A stretch of DNA of 63,588 nucleotides, filler included, from Octopus bimaculoides (lineage: Eukaryota): assembly GCF_001194135.2 (NCBI RefSeq). It is 5 parts of 5 records of this genome, joined end to end, with 100 filler letters (N's around TTAATTAATTAA, not from the genome) between each part and the next. Parts side by side here need not be neighbours in the genome. Positions count along the whole stretch, not along the records: positions 1 to 25,829 come from NC_068983.1; 4 more parts are not named here. One strand, 5' to 3'. A model generated the notes under the pieces. It did no database searches and was not told the DNA's origin. It was given only the letters and a program-made list of their open reading frames with translations. Positions 1 through 12,254 of the stretch are shown here, piece by piece; the first letter of the stretch is position 1; each line of letters starts with the position of its first letter. Made by a program: the position numbers and the translations under genes.

Positions 1-58
<58 letters not shown>
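1..58. repeat. (GT)n microsatellite
   Basis: Pure GT dinucleotide run at the window start; one of dozens of (GT/CA), (AT), (GA), (GATA) and (GTAT) tracts, most of them next to N gaps. Confidence 0.99.
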
Positions 59-61
<3 letters not shown>

Positions 62-174
62 TGTGTGTTTGTGTTAATCTTAGGGTTCTTAAATGATGAA
101 GTTGAGCAGTTAATGTTCACTGAAAAGACGACACGCTGCATCAAATTTACAACACCCATACATGTATGTATATA

Positions 175-425
175 TATCACTGACCGACCAGCATATCAGA
201 TGCCGTTACACATCGCTAGTCACAATACGCTTTGCACTGTTTTAGCCATCGAACGACGCCACCATTCCACTCTGATCCAGGCCAACATTCCACTCTGATC
301 GACAGGGGACTGAAGCAGTGCGAATCGGAATGTTTTGCTCAAGAACACAATGCCCTGTCCGGTCTGGGAATCGAACCCACGTACTAGCGATTGTGAGTGC
401 AACAGCATAACCACTAGGCTACACG
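175..425 (-). mobile_element. tRNA-derived SINE copy
   Basis: The reverse strand reads TAGCCTAGTGGTTA (A-box-like) ... GGGTTCGATTCCCAGACCGG (B-box) followed by TGTGTTCTTGAGCAAAACA; no tRNA acceptor stem. Confidence 0.75.
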
Positions 426-428
426 TCA

Positions 429-468
<40 letters not shown>

Positions 469-1067
469 ACACACATTCCAGTGTGGATATATGTCTGTAT
501 GTGTTAATCTAAGCGTACAAACCAACGTCGATCAAAATAGTGATATTACATTTGTATTTAATGCGGGTTTGTATACCAGAACGTAGGGAACGTCTGCTTG
601 CCTCGGAGGAAAAAATTTTGGTTTTTCACACTGAGGGTTTTGACTGACATTAGCGTGTTGCTGCCACGTGTTTCGGCATAATATGCTTCTTCAGTGACAC
701 TATCAAACGATGTATCATACCTAATCTGAACCTTGTAAGTAAACAGCAAAAGGTACATTTGTTTATGTGTGGTCAGTCCTTGTAAAGCTTAAAATAGTTC
801 ATCTTTTATTCTTTGAGTTTAGCCATTGCGCTCTTACTCACCTTCAAACACCTTAGCCAGCCTCTCTGTGAACTTTAATACCACCTGCAACTAGGAATCA
901 TCCTTTCTATCTCTCAATCGTTTTTACCACAAACTCATTCACAATTCATTCATCGCTCTGTCATTCATTCATTCATATATACAAATGTAAACTCCCATTC
1001 GGTTTTACGCACATTCACAGCTTTGCTGACGTGTAAGCAATGACACTCAAGTCTAAANNNNNNNNNN

Positions 1068-1160
1068 ATCCACGATCTAACCACAAAGAAAATAATGTTC
1101 TCTAGAAAAAAGTTCAGCAAACATCAGAGAACATTATTTTTTTGTGGTTAGATCGTGGAT
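1068..1160. repeat. Near-perfect inverted repeat (~35-bp arms, 22-nt loop)
   Basis: ATCCACGATCTAACCACAAAGAAAATAATGTTCTCT (1068-1103) is the reverse complement of 1126-1160 apart from a 1-nt bulge. Confidence 0.95.
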
Positions 1161-1315
1161 GATCTCTTTCTAGCATATCGGATGTCCACTTAGTGGTCAT
1201 CCCTTCGTATTCGCATGTAATACAATTGTTTCAGAATTTTCAGATTTTTTTATATGCTAGGCCACTGGTTTTAAATTGATGTTAATTAAATTAATATTCA
1301 ATTTATCAACCTCAG

Positions 1316-1347
<32 letters not shown>

Positions 1348-1697
1348 TGGTATATTCTGTTAAGAACGTAGTAGAGTAGTATAAAGCTCGTCCATTTACA
1401 AATTTCACCCTTTGCTATCCAGTAGTAATATTATGCGTACTTGCAGATTTGCGTTTTGGTTTCTGTAGTGCGTGAAAACATAACACTGGGCCACAAAAAC
1501 ATTTTCTATGTCTTGTGCCTGAAATATTTCAACGATTTCTTAAGTGATTTTGCCGGCTAAATTCAAACATAACTTCAGTTTTCTCTGTCAGATATATTTT
1601 AAATCACTCGCTATAACAAAAGTATCAAATATTCTCTAAAACGTACACTTGTGCTTTTTCTAATTTTAGGCTATATTAAATCTCTCTCTGTATGTAC

Positions 1698-1730
<33 letters not shown>

Positions 1731-2724
1731 GGGCTGTTAAATCTTATTTATTGTCTTATCATTGAAAATCCTAATATTTCAATGACCAAGTACCTGAAGC
1801 AGTGTTAGAGAAGGTAGCCTTAATATATCATAGTTAATAACACGGACCATACAAAATTCTATGTAAGACATTGCAATATATGCACAATTCATTCCTGTAT
1901 TGATGGAGGTACAATGTTAATCGAAACAGCAGCGTAGATTGTATAAGATGATATCTATTTTACCATTAATTTTCGTACTCCCTTGAGTATTTTGAATGTA
2001 TATGCTGTCGTTTATATTACATTACATTAATTTAGCATAATGAGCACTCTGTAACCATTACATAAATCATGCTGAATGATGTTTTAAATTAATATATATG
2101 TATGTATGGGTGTGTGGGCGTGTGGGTGTGTGGGTGTGTGGGTGTGTGTATAATATGTATATTAATGTGTATATATGTATGTTTACATATATACACATAG
2201 CTGTATGAATTCATACATGCATAAATATACGTACATGCATATTTGCTTCACAACCATATGGTTCCGTGTTTAGTACCACTGAGTGGCACCTTGGGCAAGT
2301 GTATTCTACTTTATATATATATATGTGTGTGTGTGTGCGTGTCCTTTATGCTTGAGGCCTAAGCGGTCATCTGATAAGAACGGTTTTCTTTGTAATGATG
2401 TAATGCTTTCATTGAACAACGAAAGGAGTCCTTCGAAATGGCCGTGATGAATTGACACATACATCTTTGTTACTCATTTATATTTTACTCACCTACCCTG
2501 GAATGTGCACTTCGGAAATATTTGGAAACTACCTATATATAAAGTATATGTTTGAGCAAACAAGAGCGGATTTATTCACCAAGTTGGATCATGCCATCTG
2601 CATACACTGCATGACTACCGTTTGAGTATGCAGATAAGTTCGTCCTAATAAGGGGCCTCAATTTAAGTACCTAATTCAACTGAATCTAAATTACATTATA
2701 TATATATATATATTGTATGTAGGC

Positions 2725-3600
2725 GTTATTAGATCTCTGAGTGAGAAATAAGCAGTAGCAGTATGGAATCGTAAAATATAATTACCAACTATATGTGGCG
2801 GTCCCTTGTTTTTAGCCTCTGGAGGACATCTGCTCAGCTGGCTAACGACACACTGTCTGTGTCTGATTAGTATTTGCGAGGAGAAATCATCGTTCCCTTC
2901 TCGAGCCTTACGTGATACACACAAAGCTGGGTTTCTGGTTAGTAACCCGTAATCCATGTATGATAATCACGAACTAATGATGAAAACTCATTCCACACGC
3001 AAAATACTACATGCTTTTTCCAGTGACAAACTGAGGCTGATCTCGAAAAAGGAGAAATAAGCAATATTAAATCTTTGAGTGAGAAGTAAACAGTAGCAGT
3101 ATGGAATCGTAAAATATAATTACTAAATAAATGTGGCGGTCCCATAGAGGACAATGCTACTGTTGTATTTAGCCCCAGGAACACATCTCCTCCAACTGGC
3201 TAACAGTATACTGCGTCTGATTAGTATTTGTGAGGAGTAATCATCGTTCCTATCTCTAGCCTTAGAGATTAATATTGCTTATCTCTCCTTTTTCGAGATC
3301 AGCAACAGTTTGTCACTGGAAAAAAGCATATAGTATTTTGCATGCGGAATGAATTTTCATCACTAGCACGTGATTATCACACACTGATGACGCGTTGCTA
3401 TCCAGAAACCCGGGTTTGTGTGTATCACGTAAGGCTAGAAATGGGAACGATGATTCCCCCTCTCAAATACTAATCGGACACAGACAGTGTGTCGTGAACC
3501 AGCTGAAGCAGATGTCCCCCTGGGACTAAAAATAGCTCGTAGCCTCGATCAGTATGGGACCGCCACATTTAGTTGGCAATTATATTTTACGATATTAGAA
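2725..3600. mobile_element. ~338-bp unit repeat: one full copy, one tandem partial copy and one inverted copy (retrozyme/Penelope pseudo-LTR-like)
   Basis: GAGTGAGAA...CAGTAGCAGTATGGAATCGTAAAATATAATTAC occurs at 2739 and 3077 (period 338). 3268-3592 is a diverged reverse complement of ~2770-3075. A related fragment lies at ~3675-3730. Confidence 0.85.
3368..3430 (+). ncRNA. Candidate type I hammerhead ribozyme
   Basis: Stem I: ACGTGAT-tat-CACACA / TGTGTG-t-ATCACGT. Core CTGATGA at 3384-3390; 14-nt stem-loop II; GAAA at 3405-3408; palindromic stem III CCCGGG; site GTT (cut after 3416). Stem II is imperfect. A decayed homologue lies on the minus strand at 2910-2972. Confidence 0.65.
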
Positions 3601-4552
3601 ATATAATATTTCTAAATCTCTCAGAGAGATTTAAGCAGTAGTGGAGCGATAAAGTTGTAGTGTATTGTCAACTTAATGTGACAATCCCAATAAGGGAACA
3701 CACTACTGCCGTTTAGTCCTAGGAAGCTGGACCGCTTCCTGTCGGCCTTGACACAATTACTGTGTCCTTAAGTTTGCGAGGGGGAGACAAGCTCCTCCAC
3801 CCAGCCTAGCCAGCATTCAGGGACATGTTTCTGAGTCTTTGCTCNNNNNNNNNNNNNNNNNNNNNNNNNNNNNNNNNNNNNNNNNNNNNNNNNNNNNNNN
3901 NNNNNNNNNNNNNNNNNNNNNNNNNNNNNNNNNNNNNNNNNNNNNNNNNNNNNNNNNNNNNNNNNNNNNNNNNNNNNNNNNNNNNNNNNNNNNNNNNNNN
4001 NNNNNNNNNNNNNNNNNNNNNNNNNNNNNNNNNNNNNNNNNNNNNNNNNNNNNNNNNNNNNNNNNNNNNNNNNNNNNNNNNNNNNNNNNNNNNNNNNNNN
4101 NNNNNNNNNNNNNNNNNNNNNNNNNNNNNNNNNNNNNNNNNNNNNNNNNNNNNNNNNNNNNNNNNNNNNNNNNNNNNNNNNNNNNNNNNNNNNNNNNNNN
4201 NNNNNNNNNNNNNNNNNNNNNNNNNNNNNNNNNNNNNNNNNNNNNNNNNNNNNNNNNNNNNNNNNNNNNNNNNNNNNNNNNNNNNNNNNNNNNNNNNNNN
4301 NNNNNNNNNNNNNNNNNNNNNNNNNNNNNNNNNNNNNNNNNNNNNNNNNNNNNNNNNNNNNNNNNNNNNNNNNNNNNNNNNNNNNNNNNNNNNNNNNNNN
4401 NNNNNNNNNNNNNNNNNNNNNNNNNNNNNNNNNNNNNNNNNNNNNNNNNNNNNNNNNNNNNNNNNNNNNNNNNNNNNNNNNNNNNNNNNNNNNNNNNNNN
4501 NNNNNNNNNNNNNNNNNNNNNNNNNNNNNNNNNNNNNNNNNNNNNNNNNNNN

Positions 4553-4588
<36 letters not shown>

Positions 4589-5070
4589 TTATGTCTATTC
4601 TAATACATTTTACAGTATGATTTTTACGTAACGGGTGCAAGGTGCTCATTTTGTTAATGTATTTATTTAGCTATCTACATACATACATGCACACGATAAC
4701 ACGCATTCACGCGTATGTACATAGAATTATATTACAGAAATTGGTATAAAATATTATACTAAAATAAATAACATCGAATTTTTGTTATTTCTTCACATTT
4801 CTATACCCAGAAATAAACACCCATTTACATATTGTATATATGAATATATGTATTACATATGCACCGTGTGCTTTAGTGCATGCGTAGGTGCAACGTAATA
4901 TATCTGGTTCTTGATAAAGAAGGCTGCATATAATTTTGTGCAAAAGTATAACTGTAGAAGTTTCTTTGTCGTTTATTAATACACACATACATACACACAT
5001 GAATATATGCTTATATACATTTATATATTTACAGACATTCAGCTACAAAAACGAACACATGTATCTATAA

Positions 5071-5126
<56 letters not shown>

Positions 5127-5825
5127 NNNNNNNNNNNNNNNNNNNNNNNNNNNNNNNNNNNNNNNNNNNNNNNNNNNNNNNNNNNNNNNNNNNNNNNNNN
5201 NNNNNNNNNNNNNNNNNNNNNNNNNNNNNNNNNNNNNNNNNNNNNNNNNNNNNNNNNNNNNNNNNNNNNNNNNNNNNNNNNNNNNNNNNNNNNNNNNNNN
5301 NNNNNNNNNNNNNNNNNNNNNNNNNNNNNNNNNNNNNNNNNNNNNNNNNNNNNNNNNNNNNNNNNNNNNNNNNNNNNNNNNNNNNNNNNNNNNNNNNNNN
5401 NNNNNNNNNNNNNNNNNNNNNNNNNNNNNNNNNNNNNNNNNNNNNNNNNNNNNNNNNNNNNNNNNNNNNNNNNNNNNNNNNNNNNNNNNNNNNNNNNNNN
5501 NNNNNNNNNNNNNNNNNNNNNNNNNNNNNNNNNNNNNNNNNNNNNNNNNNNNNNNNNNNNNNNNNNNNNNNNNNNNNNNNNNNNNNNNNNNNNNNNNNNN
5601 NNNNNNNNNNNNNNNNNNNNNNNNNNNNNNNNNNNNNNNNNNNNNNNNNNNNNNNNNNNNNNNNNNNNNNNNNNNNNNNNNNNNNNNNNNNNNNNNNNNN
5701 NNNNNNNNNNNNNNNNNNNNNNNNNNNNNNNNNNNNNNNNNNNNNNNNNNNNNNNNNNNNNNNNNNNNNNNNNTATATATATATATATGTATATGTATGT
5801 GTGTGTGTGTGTGTGTTTGTGTCTG

Positions 5826-5990
5826 TGTTTGTCCGCCCCCCATCTTCGATTGACAACCGATGCTGGTGTGTACTAGGCTTACAAAGACTAAGTCCTCGGG
5901 TCGATTCCTTCGACTACAGGCGGTGCTCCAGCATGGCCACAATCAAATGACTGAAACAAATAAACGGATTAAAGAATAAAAGAATATATT
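5826..5990 (+). mobile_element. SINE-A 3' half
   Basis: GACAACCGATGCTGGTGTG...GGTGCTCCAGCATGGCCAC..AAATGACTGAAACA, shared with many copies in the window. Confidence 0.85.
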
Positions 5991-6074
5991 GTACGATACG
6001 AATAATATAATAGCTTTTCTAGAGAGATAGAGAGAAGGAGCATTTTGCTGTAATTCTTCTTAAATAAATGACCC

Positions 6075-7805
6075 TTTTTGTTTCCACTAGAAACACAAGA
6101 TATTGCGGACAGTAAATGAATGATGCGAGAATTAGACACTTAACTTACAATTCTAGAATAAACTAATGGCGCGTGAATACACTTTCTGAAACTGTCTAGC
6201 AAAATCTAGGACTAGGCTAGTCTGACGTTATGACACAGATGCTATAATGTAACCGAAGTGGATGTTAGTGACTTAAGAGTCACCGCTTTCCCAGTTAACT
6301 AAAATATATTCAACTATAAACAGATGATAGACGTGTATGTCTTCCGCTAACAATGGCACGTTAATACAAACTAACTGCAATACCCAACATAAACGCATGC
6401 AGACAAGCAGACAGTTGCGTTCACACTTATGTACACACTTGTACAAACCACTTACACAAACATACACTGGTGGACACATACATAAATATACACGTACTTG
6501 TGTGATTGCTTAGCAGTTACTTTTCTTATTTTTTGTGTTCCTTACTTTGATAATTCGGTATATTTTTGTGTTCTTGGTTAATTATTCGTGGTTATGTATT
6601 TTCACTACAACGTTTAACCCTTTCTCCAATGACCTCATTCAGCTTTTCATCTCGTGTCTTCAATGTGGAATCTGTAATCCATCAAACAGATCTAAATACA
6701 CTAGCATATTATGTTTATATACACCCACAAATGCAGAGAGCAATATGTGTGAGTGTATATATTTGTCTGTCTGTCTGCATATCTGTGTGTGCGTGTGTGG
6801 ATGTAAATGTAAATTCTTAGAATTTGAATTATAATGGGTGTGTGTGCGTTTTCTATAAAAGGAAATGTAGACTATTTGTTGCGAAAATTGTTTTTTGTTT
6901 TGTTTTTTTGGGAAGACCGTCTCCTTCTGATGTTTGGTGAGAAACATCCGACTAAATGACTTTTATAGAAAATAGTTTATTTCTTCTGAGACGATATGGG
7001 AACCTCCAGTGCCATTATTCAACTTACTCGAGATGACAGCTGAAATTACACCCGGCTGTCCTATGTAATCTTAAATGCATTGTAAAGCGGTCAGCTAGCA
7101 GAAGGCGGTGAGCTAGCAGAATCGCAACAGAATCGGACAAATTGCTAAGCGACATTTCTTCCGGATCTTAAGGTTCTGAGTTCAAATATCGCCGAGATCA
7201 GCTTTATCTTTTATCCATTCGCTATATATAAAATAATGTACCAGTGACGTACTGTGGTCAATATAATGGACTTGTCACCTCCCTTCAAGATAGCTGACCT
7301 TGAACTCTACAACGGACTGGCATCTGGTTCAAGTTGTTGTGATCTCGGTTATCATGGAAACCGAGTAACCAGCCTTATGAGTCATCGGGCTGACTCAAGA
7401 AAAATAAAGCCACGAAAGACATTCTGTCTTAAAACAAAAGCTACACTTAATCGCATCTCGGCTCGATCAATGCTTTTATTACCATGACAGTAACAGCAAG
7501 AACAACAACTAAACCAAGCAAGAAATATAATCTGGAATTCATACTGACAATCATCAAATTATGTGTAAATTCATCTTAAATGATATTTTTGTTTTCCACC
7601 AGAATCACAAAAGATTGAAGAGAAAGTACATGAGAATTAGACACTTAATTCTGAGATAAACTATTCTAGGATAAACTAATGGCGTATGAATGCACTCTGT
7701 GAAACTGTCTGGCAAATTCTAGGACAGTAATGCTGTAATGTACTCGAAGAAGATGTTAGAGTCAACACTTTCCCGCTTAACTAAAATATACTTCAGTTTT
7801 AAACA
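6075..7805 (+). repeat. Diverged ~230-bp direct duplication (6075-6320 and 7585-7805)
   Basis: Shared blocks in the same order: GAGAATTAGACACTTAA, ATAAACTAATGGCG, GAAACTGTCT, TTAACTAAAATATA. Confidence 0.8.
7103..7290 (+). mobile_element. SINE-B copy (diverged)
   Basis: AAGGCGGTGAGCTAGCAGAATCG...GTTCTGAGTTCAAAT...GCCGAG matches the SINE-B head seen elsewhere. Confidence 0.75.
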
Positions 7806-7970
7806 AAGAATAAATTAAAAAATAACGTACCAACGAGAGAAGTTCTAGATGGTCGCAGGATATTCCTAGAAATAGTAACTTAATCTATCCCAAATTATAC
7901 TCGGCTAATTTTCATTTGTTTCCAAAAATCAGTAAAAACAATACCAGTTCGGTTGGATAAAATAGATGTA

Positions 7971-8097
7971 CAGGGTGTCCACAAAGTCTGGGTACATGGA
8001 GTAAATAAAATCATAACATAGACAATTAAATATAAGAAATAATAATCTCTTAAAGTATGTGTTAATCTCTATGTACCCAGACTTTGTGGACACCCTG
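7971..8097. mobile_element. 127-bp Tc1/mariner-type MITE
   Basis: Perfect 27-bp TIRs CAGGGTGTCCACAAAGTCTGGGTACAT / ATGTACCCAGACTTTGTGGACACCCTG, flanked by TA (7969-7970, 8098-8099). Confidence 0.93.
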
Positions 8098-8393
8098 TAG
8101 ATTACCTTCAGGGGAAATCACTTTATTTCAAGCATTTGAATCAATTCCTCCCGCCTACGCCCTCCTGCTCACCTTGGCTTTCAGTCTTTCAAAGTTCATG
8201 CAAATCACACGGTCACTNNNNNNNNNNNNNNNNNNNNNNNNNNNNNNNNNNNNNNNNNNNNNNNNNNNNNNNNNNNNNNNNNNNNNNNNNNNNNNNNNNN
8301 NNNNNNNNNNNNNNNNNNNNNNNNNNNNNNNNNNNNNNNNNNNNNNNNNNNNNNNNNNNNNNNNNNNNNNNNNNNNNNNNNNNNNNNNNNNNN

Positions 8394-8536
8394 TTTTAAG
8401 CCTAGTACTTATTGTAAGCCTAGTACTTATTGTAAGCCTAGTATTTATTCTATCGTTATCTTTTGCTGAATCGCTAAATTACGGATACGTAAACAAACCA
8501 ACATCAGTTGTCAAACGATGGTGGGGGGGTGGGGTG

Positions 8537-8572
<36 letters not shown>

Positions 8573-8912
8573 TATGTACGATGGGCTTGTGTTGTGTTGT
8601 GCTGTATGCGTCAATGCAGCCTGTGTCTCATCAGGTGTCTCATTTAAATAAGATATCTCACTACATATACTGAGTTTCGCTTCGCATGTTGTGGTTGTCT
8701 GTAATATGATGGTTTCACAAATATATATATATACATATACATACATACATATCTGGCTGCACGGTAAGGTGTTTCCTTCCCAACCTCATAATCTCGGGTT
8801 CAGTCCCATGGCATTCTGTGGCTCATTGGGTACGTGGTTTCTACTATGGCCTCTGACCGTCCAAAGCCTTGTGAGTGAATTTGGTTGACGGAAACTGAAA
8901 AAGGCGCGTCGT
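8394..8912. mobile_element. SINE-A fragments (3' half on minus, 8394-8545; 5' half on plus, 8751-8912)
   Basis: Match other SINE-A copies; the minus copy carries an 18-bp unit (TGTAAGCCTAGTACTTAT) repeated about three times. Confidence 0.8.
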
Positions 8913-9016
8913 GTATATATATATATGATTGCATCAAGGACCTATAATCCTTTAAGGGATGGATGCTAGCATTCTAGTTCTCCGGTTTATATAGGTATTT
9001 AAAATATTTATGGATG

Positions 9017-9440
9017 TGAAAAAGAAGAAATTGGAGAAACTGGCATGCAAGCATTAGTTTATTTAGAGATATTCAAATCCATATAATGAAATTCCAGTTC
9101 TCCAACTGTTTCCATATCCAATTAGCTCAATTACAGAAATTAAATTCAATTAATTTAACTCCAATTTTCATGTTGAAACCGAGTCAGTCTTAGGTCAACC
9201 AACACGATGAAATGTAACTCTCTTGGAAAATTCTTCCCTGATGAAATACCTAATTATCTGGTTTCAAGATGAAAATTTAGATTAATTTAATTTAATTTAA
9301 TTTAATGTAATTTAATTTCTGAGTTGAACTTATTGGATATGGAAACAAATGTAGGGTTGGAATTTCGTTAAATGTATTTCAATATCTTTAAATAAACTGA
9401 TGTCTGCATGTCAATTTCTCCAGTTTCTTCTTTTTCTCAT
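9017..9440. repeat. AT-rich foldback element (~165-bp diverged arms, ~80-bp spacer)
   Basis: GAAAAAGAAGAAATTGGAGAAA...GTTTCCATATCCAAT...TTTTCATGTTGAAACC pairs with GGTTTCAAGATGAAAA...ATTGGATATGGAAAC...TTTCTCCAGTTTCTTCTTTTTC. Confidence 0.85.
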
Positions 9441-9529
9441 ATATATATATATAATTGATTTTTCTCTCCTCCCCCTCTCTCTCTCTATATATATTTCTAT
9501 ATATGTGTGCGTGTATGTGTGCGTTTGCA

Positions 9530-10840
9530 TGTACGTATCTTTGTGTCTCTGTATGTTCCTCTCCACAGTTTTTTGTTGTTTTTACGTCCCCGTAATTTAG
9601 CAGTTCTGCAAAAGATTACGATAAAAAAGTACAAGCACCAGACTAAAAAAGAAAACAAGTACCGGGGGCGATTAGTTCGAATAAATCCCTCAAGGTGGTG
9701 TTCCAGCATGGCCGTAGTCTAGTGACTGAAAGAAGTAAAAGATTAAAAAATATATATATATATATAATACGTACGAAGAAAATTCTATCTCTATTCATAT
9801 CTCTCCTTTCATTCAGTCTGCTATAATAAATCCATAAACACATATAAAACATCCAAAGGTATATTGTTTTCCCTCTGAAGATATTATGCTCAGGTCATAT
9901 AAAGAAACATTTAATATTCACTTAATATTTACTCAGGATTAATTGAAACGGCTGTAAGTGAAGATGATTGATTTACTGTTAATAATGCTTTCTATTATAG
10001 GCACAAGGCCTGAACTTTTGTGGGGAAGGATTAAGTCGATTACATCGACCCCAATACTCAACCCCGAAAAGATGAAAGGTAAAGTCGACCTCGGCGGAAT
10101 TTGAACTCAGAACGTAGCGATGGACGAAACACCGCTAAGCATTTCGTCCAGCGTGCTGACGATTCTGCCAGATTCGCTGTTAATAATAAACAATTGTTAA
10201 CTTTCCAATCTCCATTTTCTTCTTTTTTATTTTTGCTTCTCACACACACACACNNNNNNNNNNNNNNNNNNNNNNNNNNNNNNNNNNNNNNNNNNNNNNN
10301 NNNNNNNNNNNNNNNNNNNNNNNNNNNNNNNNNNNNNNNNNNNNNNNNNNNNNNNNNNNNNNNNNNNNNNNNNNNNNNNNNNNNNNNNNNNNNNNNNNNN
10401 NNNNNNNNNNNNNNNNNNNNNNNNNNNNNNNNNNNNNNNNNNNNNNNNNNNNNNNNNNNNNNNNNNNNNNNNNNNNNNNNNNNNNNNNNNNNNNNNNNNN
10501 NNNNNNNNNNNNNNNNNNNNNNNNNNNNNNNNNNNNNNNNNNNNNNNNNNNNNNNNNNNNNNNNNNNNNNNNNNNNNNNNNNNNNNNNNNNNNNNNNNNN
10601 NNNNNNNNAGAGGGAGACGTGCTTATGTATGTGTGTTTTTGTATTTGTCCCGCTGCTTGGCAAATGGTATTAGCTTGTTCAAGTTCCGTAACTTAGCGGT
10701 TCGGCAAAATAAATCTATAATATTCGTACAAGAGTTCAAAACAAAAAGGAAATATTGCAGTTAGTTTGTTCCACTCAACCCTTCAAATCGGCGCCTCAGC
10801 ATGGTCGAAGACCAATGACTTAAACGGGGACAAGGTAAAA
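9530..10840. mobile_element. SINE-A 3' halves (+; 9530-9745 and 10625-10840) and a SINE-B copy (-; 9985-10180)
   Basis: Clear similarity to other in-window copies of each family. Confidence 0.8.
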
Positions 10841-11065
10841 ACTAAAGGAGTGATTTGTTGGAGTGTTGACTGTTATTTCTAGCGTATCAAGCAACCAGAA
10901 TCTCCTTCAGTGGCTCATAACGGAAGTGTTTTCAACAACATGAATCATATTATATCTGATAGCTTTTCCGCTTTTGCTCGTTTTCTTTCGCTATTTTTGT
11001 CTTAAGACAAGCTGTTTATTTCAAAATAAGTTCTTATGTATTTATTTATTCAGTTAGTTATATAC

Positions 11066-11164
<99 letters not shown>

Positions 11165-11338
11165 CGCGTGTAGGTGTGTGCACTTATGTACACGTACATT
11201 ATATATTATATGTGTGTAGGTGTGTGTGTGTGTGTGTGTATGCACATACATAAACACATACATACATACACTTATTTCGGTCAGACTTTAGGCTGCACTA
11301 AATTATGCAAGCGAATACACACACACACACACACACAA

Positions 11339-11374
<36 letters not shown>

Positions 11375-11384
11375 NNNNNNNNNN

Positions 11385-11428
<44 letters not shown>

Positions 11429-11562
11429 CATATACATATATATAAACATCATATATAAATATATATATATATACACTCACACTCACACACACATATATAT
11501 ATGTATGTTTATAATGATATAGATATATATACATATATATATATATATATGTATGTGCATAA

Positions 11563-11611
<49 letters not shown>

Positions 11612-11744
11612 GTTATATACATACGTGTATATTCATATATCTTCATTTATTTATTTCGGTCAGAGTCAGAGTGTATACTGCACTAAGTTAACACACATGA
11701 TTTCACGGCTGTAGTCAGACACAAAGCCCATACAAACAAACACA

Positions 11745-11797
11745 ATGATGATTATGATAATTTTGCTGATGACGGCGGTGGCGGCGAGGGCGACTAA

Positions 11798-11831
<34 letters not shown>

Positions 11832-12155
11832 AAAACAACAACGCCATTAATATTTAATGATTGTTTTTGACTTGGCACAAAACTAGTTTCAATGATGACA
11901 TCATGATGATGATGATGATGATTATGATGATGAGGAGGAGGAAGATGATGAGGAGGAGGAGGATGAGGATGATGGTAATGGTGACATGTTAATTTCCTTA
12001 TTTGCCACAGGCTCATAATAGGTGAAAATGCCGCATGGATAATGACGACGACGACGATGATGCTGATGAAGTTGATGATGACGATGGTGATGGCGATGAT
12101 GATGGCGATGATGATGATGGTGATTATAGTGATGATGATAATTTTGATGATGACT
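11745..12155. repeat. Mosaic (GAT/GAC/GAG)n trinucleotide low-complexity region
   Basis: Long imperfect runs of GATGAT/GACGAT/GAGGAG; these produce spurious poly-D and poly-H ORFs. Confidence 0.9.
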
Positions 12156-12254
12156 CCTTAGACGAAAACTCACAGTTAAAGGAGGTTAAGGGTGGAATAT
12201 TTAGCCGTTTCCTGAGCGAACATCTTACAAAATAGTTTGCGTACATAGACGTAC

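Noticed and set aside
9238-9280. CTGATGA ... GAAA in the foldback spacer
   Set aside because: No stem II or stem III pairing and no NUH site in register.
12035-12235. Asp-rich 66-aa ORF resembling an acidic biomineralisation protein
   Set aside because: It is a by-product of a (GAT)n mosaic, with no signal peptide or splice support; overlapping frames give equally meaningless poly-H and poly-S.
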